This document shows, piece by piece, positions 13,901 through 26,926 of a stretch of 64,000 nt of DNA. The notes under the pieces were generated by a model. The model was given only the letters and a program-made list of their open reading frames with translations, did no database searches and was not told where the DNA came from. The DNA is from Phoronis australis (Eukaryota > Animalia > Phoronida). The stretch spans positions 755,637 to 819,636 of the forward strand of contig NMRA01000153.1 in the NCBI GenBank assembly GCA_002633005.1, written 5' to 3'. Position numbers and translations under genes: made by a program. Numbering within the stretch: position 1 is the first letter of the stretch; each line of letters opens with the position of its first letter.

Positions 13901-15791
13901 TTTATGCATCACCAACTTTGTCCTTTTCATTTTCTTTTGAATTTACATGGTTTGCTTATTTACTTTTATGTGTCATACCCAATAAATAAATTGCATAACA
14001 TTATGAGTTATTGTCATGTTATCGGTTGTTGTCATTAAAAATCATCAGAAATTAATTCTCATCTGCTTATTATCTCATGACAGAACAACTAGTATCATGT
14101 GACTATACAATACGTGCGTGGTGACATGGGAGTTGCTGGGGAAAGCGATTTTCTACTTGGTAATGTATATCGAACAGTCGTATTTCCGAGATGAAAATAT
14201 ATTATCGTCTTTCCCTGCTCTACCTGGTATGATCAGCTTGTAGGAGTAGTTTTGATCCCCACCAAGTCAGAACTTGCTAAATGGACTATCATAATTTGCG
14301 TTGAAATTGAGTGTATGACTTTAAGCGGACTCCACTGTATTCAAATTTCACACGCATATATAGAATTTGGCCATTTGGAATTTCGTTTGCGGATTTTGGA
14401 AAGTCAGCGGTGACGTGCTTCTTGTGACTACGTTACAAAAAATCCCCAGTATAGTTTCAACTCCAGACAATTGTGGTTTCTAAGATCACACCTAATCTGT
14501 TGTGAAACTTTCTTGTGATCTTTTGTTAGAGTTCACGCGTCATCAACTGAATATGTTACCCTGGTTACAAGTCATCACTATACCTTGGTTACCAAAGCCC
14601 ATTGGAACTACTTTGGTATCAACGGTTTTTAAAGTAATTGTTTTTGGCTAATATCTGTAACTGCAATATTTCTTTGAAAAAAATGTTCATGTTAGAATCT
14701 AATAAATAAAGGTCTTTGAAGTTAACAAATAATGTTCAGAAATAACAGTCATCAGGGCTTCTCCGCGCATGATCACTGAATTGACTTGGAGACAGCACAG
14801 CTAGACTGTCAAAATCCCTCGGCTTTGTTTTCTCACGTGAACCATAAAAACGATCTTTTTTGTCAAAAAAATCGATGTGTAACTTCAACCACATGACACA
14901 ACTTTTGAAAAACATGCTTGTGCAATTAAAGAAAATTCAGTTATATTTTGTTAATAGTTTCATTTAAACTTGTGAATTGCATTCAGTTTTCATAACATAC
15001 AACTGTCTTTGTAATATTAAAACTTAACAAATGTTTATAAGTAACAGTCAGCGGGGCTTCTCTGTGAGTGAGCACTGAATTGACTTTGACACAGCACAGC
15101 TAGACAGTCTCACCGCGTTTCTTGAGTTGGGGGTTCATCTCCGTTTGAATGTACGTGTATACGGAATTTGTCGCCGACGGTGGGTCCGTGTAAGAAGTCA
15201 TTGCATGTCCTTCCCACTGAGCGTATGTATACAGTTGTAACACTCAATTTATCAATCATAATCTTGTCACCTTCATGGAATTTCGGCATTGCTGCTTGGT
15301 TGTGTTTAGTGTTTTACAGATGACAAAATATAAGGCGTATGGATTTCTACTTTGCACTACTTTGTGATTCACCCATGTCATATAAAAAATTATGTACTCT
15401 TGGTGTTACTCATCAGTCATATCGTACCACATTTCTAATTATGTGAGAAAGTATTTTATTACTTTGAAGCCATTGCTAATGTAGATATTGCCTTGCTCCA
15501 CAACGGGATGATCTAGATTAGTGTACTTGCATTATGAGGCCAAGTTTTTAATGAGAGGAGCTTTAAATTCCATTGTTTTTGTATACCTCTCTTCTAAGCA
15601 CATGCAGTTTTTACTGACTTGTCACATCACCTCGTTAGTCAGTTGAGACTGAACTGCATGCCTTTTAGGTAAAGGAGGATGGGAGTCACTGTTCATTTTA
15701 ATGCACAGCCATATTGGAAATAAAATACACAATCTATTCTGTCATTAAATTCTCCGTATTTAATGCTCATGTGTCTTCTTAACTTCTTCAG

Positions 15792-15994
15792 GGAGCTCAG
15801 GATGTACTTAAACAGTTTGGATACCTTGATGAGTTCGAGGATGGCTTATGTTTCCCAGACACAGAACCCGACTCAACAACTGTGTGTACCTTGCTTGCTG
15901 ACATTCTCATTGCGAAGTTTGAAATTGACAAGTACCGAAACAGGATCCACCCCTTCCCCAATTTAATGGACGAAATTGTTCCTAAAAATGCGAG
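15792..15994 (+). CDS. RNF31: RNF31/HOIP exon 3, PUB domain C-terminal half
   Basis: ttcttcag acceptor, AG|gtcagt donor. GAQDVLKQFGYLDEFEDGLCFPDTEPD...IHPFP matches HOIP GGRDVLRLYGY...DGLSFP...THP. Phase 0 to 2. Confidence 0.92.
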
Positions 15995-16010
15995 GTCAGT
16001 GTTCACAAAG

Positions 16011-16112
16011 TAGTCACTTACAGGGATTCTGGATTTTGAGAACCATCTTTCTTCACTTATTGAATAACAGATATCAACTGGTTCTCAATATCTGGGACCC
16101 TATAAGTGACTA
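16011..16112. mobile_element. Miniature inverted-repeat element (102 bp)
   Basis: tagtcacttacaggg..tggattttgagaacca / tggttctcaatatctgggaccctataagtgacta; same TIR family as 17685-18202. Confidence 0.6.
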
Positions 16113-16870
16113 TTGCCTAAAGTAAATGGCTAAATTCTTTAAATCCACATGACGTAAACCACTTTCAAAACTTCTGATATCATTGTATAGCAATAGCTGA
16201 CATAGGATATCGTGAAGGGGGGCTGCCCACAATCTCCAAAGAACGCGACATGGTTCATAAAATGGGTTTGCTAGGTGTGGCTATAGGGGACTAGGAGCAG
16301 CCCTTGGAGGACAGGGTAGCCCACTGATTTAAACTGAGTTAGCTGGCAGCTCAGATTGAAAGCGTGACTACAACAACCAGGCTCAGAATGTGAATTTCGC
16401 GTAAACGACAAGTTATTTGATTATTGTCAACGATTAATGCAGACAATTCACTGATGTTGCAAGTTTTTTGTTTGTTTTAGTTGTACTCTATGGAGCACTG
16501 ATTTGTAGCCTTCTAGAGAATAGCAGTATGGCACAGTTAAAAATTCTGGCATATAATTATGATATAATTATAGTTAAAACTATAGTATTGGTGTCCTAAT
16601 CATTGTCATTTAGTTCTGCAATAATTTACAACTCATTAGGAATGCTAGAGACCACCACCGTGGCAGTTGAATGTGGTAATAGGTTGAGCTAAATTACCTA
16701 ATTTAAAAGTACTTGACGAGTTTAAAGTTATAACTTACAAAACTTTCTCTAGTACATCAAATCTGTGTGTACTTTGTTATTTGCACTGGTTTGTTCTGGT
16801 TTTATTGGTCTATGGCTCATCATTTTATAGCACTATTAATTCCAGTGGAATCCTTTTTTTCAATTTACAG

Positions 16871-17210
16871 ACTTGCACCAGCTCCCCCTCAACCAGTCAA
16901 CAATCCAACGAGCACAGTTCAGAGGACGCCCTTACCTCGACAAAACCCCCAGCAATACGAGAATGTTAATATCAACGAAAGTGGTGATGGTGAAGAAAAG
17001 CCTGCTCTTGCCAAACCTACTTCCTCTAAACATGTCAGTACCATGCCAAGTGCTGCTGCGAGGTCTTACTTGAGTCAGACAAGCCCTCACCAGTATGGAA
17101 GTGTTAAATCCACTGCAGGTGGAGAGAGCAAAGTTGACTCTTCAGCAAACAGTAAGACAGAGGCACAATCAGTGTTCACAGGTCGAGGGGTGTCAGATTT
17201 CATAAAAAAC
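16871..17210 (+). CDS. RNF31: RNF31/HOIP exon 4, low-complexity linker
   Basis: tttacag acceptor, gtaagt donor; open frame, phase 2 to 0 fits both neighbours. Confidence 0.82.
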
Positions 17211-17684
17211 GTAAGTTTGATATCAATTTTTTTCTCAAAATAGAATTTAGAAATGATTCCAAGAAACTTTGTATGCATAACTTGATCTGAAGTCTCTAAC
17301 CATCTGTTCACAGTCCTCAGTCAAGGATGGCAAAATGTTTCGTAATCTCATTCAGCTAGTCCTTGTGGTTTGGCCATCCTGAGATTATAACTCCAGTTGA
17401 CTGGCTCTGCTGAAGCAGAGGTATTTGATCACATAACAATGGATCGCTATCATCATGGTGAAGTTATGTAACGAGTGTGAAATTACCGTGGCCTCAAATT
17501 GGCGCGTAATTCTTGACTTCCTAAACGTCACTTCCGGAGTAGAGGACGGCTAATTAATTAAATTACGAGAAGCAGTAATTAACTGAAAACTATGTCTGGG
17601 ATAATCAATGAACTTTATTTTTCTAAAAATGACATGAAAAAAGGTTGTCTTTGCCTTTAATAGTCACTTATGGAGTGTCCTTAA

Positions 17685-18202
17685 TAGTCACTTATGGAGT
17701 GTCCTGGATTTTGAGAACCATTTTTACCGTTATTGAGTGGAGAAGGCTTTTTGTTGACGATAACTGACCAACACCAAGTGAGCGAACAATGAAATGTCCA
17801 ATGTCAGCCCAAAAAATTTTCAAAAATTCCTATGAAAAACCATCGGAGCTTTTGGAGCATTTGTTGTTTTTCATTTTTTTCAAGGATTGGGAGACTTCTT
17901 CATTTTGTAAGAAGACCTTTTAATTTTTCTTTTTCTGTCTCACTTAATTTGGCGACACACACCTTATCAAGAAGAGTGTCTAAATCTATATTTGCATAGA
18001 TTTTCATAATAAAGTTTTGGTTCTGAATAACCTCTTCTTCACTATTGGTTTAAGTATTGTCAGATTTCCACAGGAAAGGCATACGCTTACTTCTGTGATG
18101 TCTAATTTCCGAGTTAAGAAAATATTTGGAAGATTTTTCATCATTTTTGTATGAGAAGGGTGGAGAAAACTTGGTCTCAAATTGCAGGACTCCTGTAAGT
18201 GA
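17685..18202. mobile_element. MITE, longer member of the 16011 family
   Basis: tagtcacttatggagtgtcctggattttgagaacca ... ttggtctcaaattgcaggactcctgtaagtgag. Confidence 0.5.
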
Positions 18203-18350
18203 GTGTTACCGACAGATCATCGAGTACTTGTTGGTGAGGTCCCGTGTCATTGCTAAAATTTTGCCGGGACACTTTGGTTCATTTCGTGTAAGGTACTTAA
18301 GTCGTCACTTTGAAATTTAATCCCACTTCACAATTACCGAATAAAGTTTT

Positions 18351-18660
18351 AGTGATGTTATTGCCTATTAGTGATATCATTAGTGATATTATTGCCTGTT
18401 AGTGATATCGTTAGTGATGTTATTGCCTGTTAGGGACATCGCTAGTGATGTTATTGCCTGTTAGGGACATCGCTAGTGATGCTATTGCCTATTAGGGACA
18501 TCGCTAGTGATGCTATTGCCTGTTAGCGACATCGCTAGTGATGTTATTTCCTGTTAGCGACATCGCTAGTGATGTTATTGCCTGTTAGTGACATTGTTAG
18601 TGATATAATAGTAGTGATATTATTGCCTATTAGTCATATTATTAATGATATTATTGCATA
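18351..18660. repeat. Minisatellite, 31-bp unit, ~10 copies
   Basis: agtgatgttattgcctgttagggacatcgct. Confidence 0.88.
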
Positions 18661-18889
18661 AAAATAATCTCTTCACATTATCTCTGTCAGTGCGCAGCAG
18701 TTATGGGTACATTTTCAGATGTTTTGCACTTTTGCTAAAGGGAGTTTTTATTATTTTTTCGAAATGGTTATGTGGAGCACAAGAACAAATTTTTGACTTA
18801 TAAAATGATAATAAAAAATAATTTGCTGGCGATCTGATACGCGTTGTGCCAGATGTGTGCAGGCTGCATAGTTGGGCCCATTGCACTGA

Positions 18890-19049
18890 TCACCTGGAAC
18901 CATTTTTATGTTTTATTAATTTATAGTTAAAACCAATCTGAGATGCTAGAAACCTGACGCAAGGGTCCAGCAATGTGCCCTTGTGGGACTCGAACCCACG
19001 ACCTTGAGTAAAGGAAGTTGACACTTATCTCATTAGGCCACATTACCTC
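18890..19049 (-). mobile_element. tRNA-derived SINE
   Basis: Minus strand A-box-like TGGCCTAATGAG and B box GGTTCGAGTCC; homologous to the copy at 54304. Confidence 0.65.
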
Positions 19050-19571
19050 TTCAAGTTTTGACTTAAGTCTAAGCTGGCTTGTCATGAAACATACCTTTGA
19101 TCTATATGCACCTTCTCATGTACAAAACTGGAGATAACCCACCATGTCCTGTTGCTCTTGTTCAATATACAATATGACCAGGATTAATGATGAGTGGAAG
19201 TCAACTTGTCTGACACTGGAAATGTAGGCAGGTGGTCATCATTGTTAATGGTCACACAATAGATGTTTACTCACAGTAATTAGCTGTTGTATCATACAGG
19301 CTGTTTGTTGCTACTGGATGTCTCTTATGTAAATCTTGGTTATGCCTGCTCGTAACGCATGACAGTATCTAACAGATCTGTATGATCTTGCCAAACTCGT
19401 AGTTTACTGTTGTTTTAAGTCTATCCCTGCTTCATTGTGCTCTGCATGTGGGTGGGTGTGTGGGTGCGTGGGTGAGTGCGTGCGTGGGTGAGTGCGTGCA
19501 TGTTTTTTTGTGTGCATGTGGATGTGTGAAAGACATATTAAATGATGATTTTCTCAACATCTTCATTGTAG

Positions 19572-19795
19572 CTTGGACTCAATGTTATGGCTTCCTTATC
19601 ACGTGAAACAAGCCCTGAGAAAGAGCCTGCAGCACCTGTTCAGTGTGATATTTGTGGGAACTCTCTCGCTGAAAAGGAATGTGCCACTTGCATGAAACAA
19701 CTATGTACCAACTGTGATAACTTTTGGCACAATCACCCCAGGAGGCGAGGGCATGATACAGTCCTCATACAACAGGTCACAAGTCCTACAAAAAG
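19572..19795 (+). CDS. RNF31: RNF31/HOIP exon 5, B-box-type zinc finger
   Basis: ttgtag acceptor, AG|gttggt donor (phase 2, fits next exon). CDICGNSLAEKECATCMKQLCTNCDNFWHNHPRRRGH. Confidence 0.88.
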
Positions 19796-20864
19796 GTTGG
19801 TCAGTCGTAGGAAAAGCAAATGGTTTGATATTAAGTCTTTCCACACGCTGTAATTTAACCTAAACAAAAGTGATTTTTGTAACACATTCACTTGGTGCCA
19901 TAACACCTGTAGAGCACATAATAGGTTTATGAACAAGTGCTTTAAATTCAGGTGTTAACCAGGCACTAAATCTGGATTTAAAAAACTATTATTAGTGATA
20001 GTAACTGCTTCAAGCTTGGGGTATTTCTTCCATGGAGCTGCTGCTGTTTTACAGATGCATTGTGGGACAGTTGTCTGCTCAAAAATATCCAGTGACATCA
20101 CTGAAAACTGGTTTAATAGACGCAAGCATTTAGCGAGTAAAGCTAATGTGTTCATGTGCTTCACGTGTAATGTATGGCGATACCTTTTGATGTCTCGCAT
20201 AATCCTGCATTTTCGCTCGTTTCTTGCATTTCTTAGGCGTTGAGATTAACATCAGTGGCGATGGGATGGTGTGTGCCTGGAGAATATGTTGCACAAAATA
20301 TTTACTAAAAGTCTATTTAATGCAGTTTGAAGTTCACTTTCAATTTTTACTTTTGTATGTGTCTTGTTTAATCGTAGTCGCACAAAAAGTCACGTTGCAA
20401 CAGCGTTCTCCCACTTTGAATGGTGGTAATCACAACTGGCGAGTGCTGTTTCCGCCATACTGTATTCAAGTCACGAAGTTTCTGCAGTGTCACCGAATGT
20501 TTACTAGTATTCAACCTGTCTGTACTGCATATTTTGAAAAATGACAGCAGCGCTATAGATGAAATATCCAAATTGCTGTCTTTTAGTTAATAACTTAGCA
20601 ACTGTTCCTTGAAATTGTGGAGCGTTTTAGCAAATTACACAACATTTTCCTGAATTCAGGATTGTTTTGAGTTGACCTAGAAAATACCCTTTGGCTAGTA
20701 ATCTGAAAATGTCCTCCTGGAGTCTCTAGGAGCGAGTTTTGAGGGTGGATAGTAGTTTTGTCTTCTCCGTAAAGGTATTTACTAGGTAAAACAACTAGAC
20801 CATTTGGAACCAATTTAACTCTGGATTATTCAATTTCGTCAAGTTTTTGGATTGTTTGTTGTAG

Positions 20865-22134
20865 GGAGATGGTCACTAAAGTAGAGAGCCCATTGCCTGA
20901 TACCAGTCGGGTTATACCTTCGATTGTTACACCAAAGGTGACGCCTGTACCAGCGCCACGCCTCAAAAAATCTACAAGATATAATTTAGATCAGCAGCAA
21001 GGGACAGTTGCGAGTTCCACGTCGACACCATCACCAAAAGCAGACGAACTTGACGGTTTATCAACAACAGAATTACACACACTGCTACAGGAAACTGATA
21101 TATATATCACTAGCCTCGAAGACAAGATATACAAAATCATTTTAAACAACGAGGACTTTTCAAGAAGTGCAGATTATATTAGTCTAACGAAACAGAAGGA
21201 TCATCTGAAGAAAAAAAGGGCTTTAGTTAAGCAAAAGCTTCATTCCCGTGCTCAAAGTCTCTCTGATCTTGGGGACATCAGTTTTCCTCCAACCTTCCGA
21301 CCACAGCAGTTGGAACATTCTTTTTCGTATGTCAACCCTGAATTTTCTCGACCCGGGATGGAACAATTACCTGGTTCTTACTTTACATTACCAGCATCTC
21401 AGACTCGCCGTCAAGACCACGTGTCATCGCAAACGTTACCACGTCATTTATCAGGTGAACCAATGTCGTTTGTGCCAGTGGCAACCCGTTCACCATTACT
21501 GCCATCAGAAATGAGTGGCCATTCTTCTATGATTCAAATACCAACAAAGTCAATGGAGACAACTGGGCGGTCACAACTGACAGGATCGGGATATCTTCCT
21601 CCCAGTGGACCTCCAAACACTTTGCGTACCAATCCACCATTAAATCATAGTCATGTAACATCATCTGCTTCTGTGCAGACGGCTGTTTCTGGCACAGCTA
21701 TGTCAGGTGTTGCTAGTGTAGCAAAAACTATTGAATGTCCCGCATGTAAAAGTAAAGGAATTCCGTCTGGCTCCGTGAAATGTGGGGTTTGCGGATATCA
21801 GCTCAAACGCGTGCCTCACCAGTCATTCTCTGGAGATAATGAAGCCACTGAACAGATGAACAAGAGCAAATCAGCACCATCTATGGTGAGTTCTCAACAG
21901 AGTGGCGAGGGAGCTGCTTTAAGCGCAGTTGAAGAGTGGGAATGTGAACACTGTACTTTTGTGAATCCATCGTCGACAAGAATCTGTTCAATGTGTAATA
22001 AAACGAGCGATGCACCGAGAATTGTTGGGCCTACGGTTGAGGAGGTGTTTGCTAATGAACGTGAGCACGAGAACACTGCTGCCCCCTGTCAACATGTTGA
22101 ATTGGTAGACCAATTGGCCCAGGAGCAAGACCAG
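20865..22134 (+). CDS. RNF31: RNF31/HOIP exon 6: coiled-coil-like segment, C4 zinc finger and RanBP2/NZF zinc finger
   Basis: 1270-nt open exon, ttgtag acceptor, CAG|gtgagt donor. Contains CPACKSKGIPSGSVKCGVC and WECEHCTFVNPSSTRICSMCNK. Confidence 0.9.
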
Positions 22135-23029
22135 GTGAGTTAGACACACAGTGTTGTTGTTACATTGTTCATACATTTGTCTATGTGCACATTTAGGCCT
22201 TCCACCTATACTTGAAATTATTATTAACTTCATTCAATAAAAGTACGAAGTGATATTATTATGAGCGAGAACATTTTAAGTGTAATATTGGTAACTTTGT
22301 TGGCCTTAGTTATTGGAATGAGTACAATAATTCCAACAATCCAGTTTATTTGGATTGGATAACGTTTTTGATTCATGTTTTGTAACTAGTAGGTACTTTC
22401 TACTTCAGGTTACATTAAAACAACAGATAGCATTCTGATGGAAAATGTTATTTGAAATCACCATCATCCCACAAACTGGCCCCCACAGCACCTAAAAATG
22501 GCTAAAAATCAAATACACAAAACTGTGCAAAATTTACCGAATTTCAGCACTCCAATGAAAGTTAACAGAAACCCCCTTTGAAAATGCAAAGACTGTCTTC
22601 TGAATAAATATAGAGGAAAACAAAAAAGCTATATCAACAATTTCTCTAACTGAACCTTTTTGAACCAAAAATGAGCTGTTGTGGGCCAAAATATTCATAT
22701 TCATTTTAACTTAAAAAACAGTGGCCCAAAATTTAGATATAAACAATCTGAACATATCTCACCAGGACGTATGAATGCACAATTTTTTAAGGTCTGAGTC
22801 GGTGAGGCTAGAGTCGACCTTTTGGGGCTTTAGTGGAATGATAGCTGAATTGTCCTCGTGGTTACCTGAATGACCAAAATGTCAAGAACTTCAAAATTTT
22901 TGAAAAATGTGGCTGGATTTCTATTCGCAGTTGTGGGTCCAAATCTTGTCACTAGGCATCCGAATAGCCATTTGTTGTTAGATGTATAACATTTTGAAGT
23001 TTTGGACTGCTAATACTGTTTCTGTGTAG

Positions 23030-23374
23030 GTTTACTATGAAAAGAAAGCTGCACATGAAGCCTACCAGAGACAGCTTGAGCTCGAGCAACGCACTGGACA
23101 TTTAAAAACAGCAGCATCTCCATCTCTGGGAGGAACTCCCAAAAGTGAACCTCAGGCTGGGGCTCCAAAGAAGGACCGTGCAGCTAGTGCGCCTAAGCCT
23201 GTCAATAGGAAACAGCAGACAGAGAGAGTACAAGAGACCATAGGTGTGACTATGACACATGGTGCTTCGAGGAAAACTGAAGAGGTGGTGCTGGCATCTA
23301 ATGACGAAGTACACGCGAAAAATAAACGTCTGGAGTTGTATGTAGATGGCAAAGAAACACTGCGACATGTCAGG
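23030..23374 (+). CDS. RNF31: RNF31/HOIP exon 7, linker into UBA region
   Basis: tctgtgtag acceptor, AGG|gtgagt donor; 115 open codons ending KRLELYVDGKETLRHVR (cf. HOIP KMREEGLQLVSMIR). Confidence 0.85.
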
Positions 23375-23437
23375 GTGAGTGGTGAGGAGCTGGTATGAGT
23401 AGTGATTAAGAGTTGAGTGGAGTTGTGGTCTGGAGTT

Positions 23438-23645
23438 GGGATGAGTAGAGGGTAGGAGTCGGGATGGGTAGAGGGTAGGAGTCGGGACGGGTAGAGGGTA
23501 GGAGTCGGGACGGGTAGAGGGTAGGAGTCGGGAAGGGTAGAGGGTAGGAGTCGGGACGGGTAGAGGGTAGGAGTCGGGATGGGTAGAGGGTAGGAGTCGG
23601 GATGGGTAGAGGGTAGGAGTCGGGATGAGTAGAGGGTAGGAGTCG
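23438..23645. repeat. G-rich minisatellite, 23-bp unit, ~9 copies
   Basis: gggtagagggtaggagtcggga(c/t). Confidence 0.9.
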
Positions 23646-23942
23646 CAATGGATAATGGTTAGGAGTTGAGATGGTTATTGGTTAGGTGTAAGGATGGGTA
23701 TTGGTTAGGAGTCAGGTTGAGCAGTGGGATTGGGATGAGTAGTGGTTAGGAATGGGGTTGAGTGATAAGGAGTTGGTATTGCTGGTATTGGAAGAAGAAT
23801 TTGTGGCTAAATTTATCCATTTTTAAGTTTATTTACTTTTAAAATTTGGGAAACTTGAAGACCCATGCAGCAATACTTAGTCAAAATCATGAAATTATGA
23901 AGTGGAATGAATCAAGTTATTGGCGGTGAATCTCGCTGTTGG

Positions 23943-24112
23943 AGCAATCAATGCTCCCCATTCAATTGGTTATTTTAGCAATCAATGCTCCCCATTTGGT
24001 CGGTTGTTTTAGCAATCAATGCTCCCCATTTGGGCGGTTGTTTTAGCAATCAATGCTCCCCATTTGGTCGGTTGTTTTAGCAATCATTGCTCCCCATTTG
24101 GTTGGTTGTTTT
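23943..24112. repeat. Minisatellite, 34-bp unit, 5 copies
   Basis: agcaatcaatgctccccatttggtcggttgtttt. Confidence 0.88.
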
Positions 24113-24324
24113 ATCATTTCTGATAACCAACGTTATCTCGCTGTACTATAAAACAAAAGAAAGGATCCCGCCCCAAAATAAAGAATAAACAATAATGAAT
24201 TAAAAAAAGTAAATATCAGACAAAAATGCAGGGACTTGCTTTCAAGTGGTAAAGCATTTTTATCATGAAGCACGGTACTGTAATTCTCCACTGATTTTAC
24301 ACAATAATAATTGCCAAAATGGTC

Positions 24325-25277
24325 GTTTTCATGAGCCCACATACTTATGCATTGGCGCATTATGCTGGCATCCATGTCCATCTGTCTGGCGTCCATCCAG
24401 GGCCCGGTGTTGGGCATCTACTGCTGTATCTCCAAAACCCTTGGATGTGTGCTCATCAAATTTTGCTGAATGTTCTTTCATGGATGGGACAGCATGAACA
24501 AATTTTTGGACAGATCCGACTTCAGATGTCTCCCGTGGTGGCAATTTTAGTCTTTTACATTTTGCATCTTTATCTTTGGAATTCCTAGTTAACAGAATTC
24601 CATAAAATTTGACAGATAAGTATATCTATTAGTGTTATGATGTCATCTTCCCATTTTTGGTTGGGTTTGAGGTATTTTGCACCACCTTGTAGCCATTTTT
24701 ACTATTTCCGAGTCTGTTTTTGGCATACGGCCCTCTGTCAACCAAACCTCTCTTAAGTATGATTTTGAAAGTTGGCATGTATGTTTCTACTGTGAAGGGC
24801 ATGGCTGGCGATGATTTTCAGATGGCATATCCAAGTGGCAATTTTGTTTAGCGCATCTTTGGCTTCATCTCCTAAACCCTTTGCAGGATCTTTGATAAAT
24901 TTGGCAAGAGTTTTTGTTGGAAGATGAGAACGGATGATGACGTTCGAGCAGATCCCGACTCACATTGTGCCTCCTAGTGGCAGTTTTGTTTTTTTTCTTG
25001 TTTTTCCCCTGCATCTTTTGGAGTTCTTTGATATATTTTTGTGGAATTTGGTATCTATTAAAAGAGGTGATGACAGCTTCCTGGTTACATATAGATTTGA
25101 CATAGTGGCTGTTCTATTACGTTTGAGTCTGTTTTTGGCATCCATCGCTCTATCGTCAAACCACTCTTAGTGTTCTTACTGGGAAAAGCATGGCTGACAA
25201 TGATTTTTGGACAGTATTCGCTACTGTGGCGCCCTCTAATGACAATATTGCTTTTTTCGCATCCAAAGCTGTTTCTC
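24325..25277 (+). mobile_element. DINE-1/HINE-like element copy, interrupted by the Kolobok-like insertion
   Basis: ttttcatgagcccacatacttatgcattggcgcattatg...gtccatctgtctggcgtcc head; internal subrepeats are reverse complements of those at 33.8-54 kb. Confidence 0.55.
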
Positions 25278-25281
25278 TTAA

Positions 25282-26926
25282 AGGAGAATGCAACCCGATT
25301 TAATTAGTCTTTTTTACTGTCTTAATCGGTCTATATCCTCATCGCCTCTTATGCGGTCGACATCAACTTTCCGAGAGATGTCGCGTTAACCTGTGGGGAA
25401 GCTGAGAAACGACGCAGTGACGTCAGTGGTTCATCTGCAGAGTGAATGCCGCTATATTGCAGTGCATCGTTCCCTATTGTCCGAACTATGAAACTGCGAA
25501 GAAAGTGGGTATATCATTTTTTCGACCTCGAGAGCCTGAAATGCTTAGGAAGTGGCTCGCGGTAGTGAGCAATGAAAGGTATGCTGTTAATAGCAAGTAC
25601 GAGGCCGTGAAACATCTTCGTGTCTGTGGCCGGCATTTCGTCGACAGTGATTTCTCTGGCGAATTCCGTCTTACCAAAGAACTATCCATACAATCCGTTA
25701 CCTGTGCATGTTCACGGCCCCTCTCTAGTATTTCTTGGTCAGTGTATTCCGGTTCGAGCTGATAGCCTGTGAAACCTAACGATCTGGCCCGTGAAGTATT
25801 CGTCGGACTAAGTCGGGATTGGCGCCGGGCGAGTTGCCATGTAGACTATTCTGCGTTCTGTTTCAAAATGAATTATTCTCATCCTAAAATGATCCTAACC
25901 AATGCTTATAGTATGAAACTGAAACAAAGTCTGTCTCATTAGATACAGTTTGTAATGCGTTGGAGTGCAAATGTTTTGAGAAGCCAGCAATGAATAAACC
26001 ACTGCTTTTGATGCCGGCAACAAAGGTAATTGACCAGGCACCGAGGCCGTGTGAGCGCATGCTAATTCAGTGCTTGCTGACAGAAAGCCGTCGTGAAACA
26101 ATTACTCGATGTTATATTCTATTTTATATTTTATATTTATTTTGATATTTGATGTTCACATATTAGGGGAATCTTTGAAATACATTGTTCAATTAAATCA
26201 CTGTTACTGTACAACCTTTGCCCTGACGGTCTGTGGAAGGGAAACCCGACTTTGCGGCCCCCGACAAGTAAGTAGATTTTCAGTTTCGCGGCTAATTCAC
26301 ATAAATAATTATGTGCACATTATTTCTTTGGCTCAATATTATAGTCTTTTTGTGACTGGAGGTTTAGTTTCCAACTCAAGCTGGTTTATGTTTGGGCCAG
26401 TCCCGGCGGCCGCGATGGGCCGCGACGGGCCTGATCGGGTTCCCAGCCACTGGCCGGAATAACAAGCGTTTTGTGTGTTTACAACTCAAAAAATCACAAG
26501 TCTAAACAACACAGATCTAGGTTCTCCTGTCTGTATCTCACGAAAAATACTTCGAATTTATCTCCGAACAAACTCCAAGCTCCTGCTACGGACCTTACTG
26601 CGGGCCTGCCGAACTTTGTAGGCTAGCTACGGTGTCCAAATACCAATAAATCCATAACAGCTAAATAAAACAACAAGTTTTTATAAGAACTCGGTGTATT
26701 TTTAAGGGTTTTACATCGAAGTTTGATGATTTATTGGTGTTAAACGATAAATTCAAGCAATAAGCTGACACCAGTAACCCATGTTGGTAACTGCTGAACA
26801 GACTGCGTGTGAAACCAATTATGTCATTGGATAATTTCAACACCTCCGCTGCCGTCAGGTGTCAGGAGTAGAACTACTCGATCTAAATTGATACAAATTA
26901 GGTTGTTTTTTGGGTGGCATGCTCCT
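25282..26926 (+). mobile_element. Non-autonomous Kolobok-like DNA transposon with THAP remnant
   Basis: TTAA on both flanks; imperfect TIRs AGGAGAATGCAACCC / GGGTGGCATGCTCCT; internal THAP-like ORF. Confidence 0.75.
25442..25700 (+). pseudogene. THAP zinc-finger domain fragment of transposon origin
   Basis: CIVPYCPN...ISFFRP..PEMLRKWL...LRVCGRHF = THAP C2CH signature; no downstream transposase frame. Confidence 0.75.

Noticed and set aside
14723-15109. Diverged ~85-bp direct repeat pair about 300 bp apart
   Set aside because: No TG..CA ends, PBS or PPT; likely an old local duplication or transposon subrepeat.
18975-19049. Possible tRNA gene
   Set aside because: Has A/B boxes but no convincing cloverleaf, and a diverged second copy shares a non-tRNA tail; better explained as a SINE.
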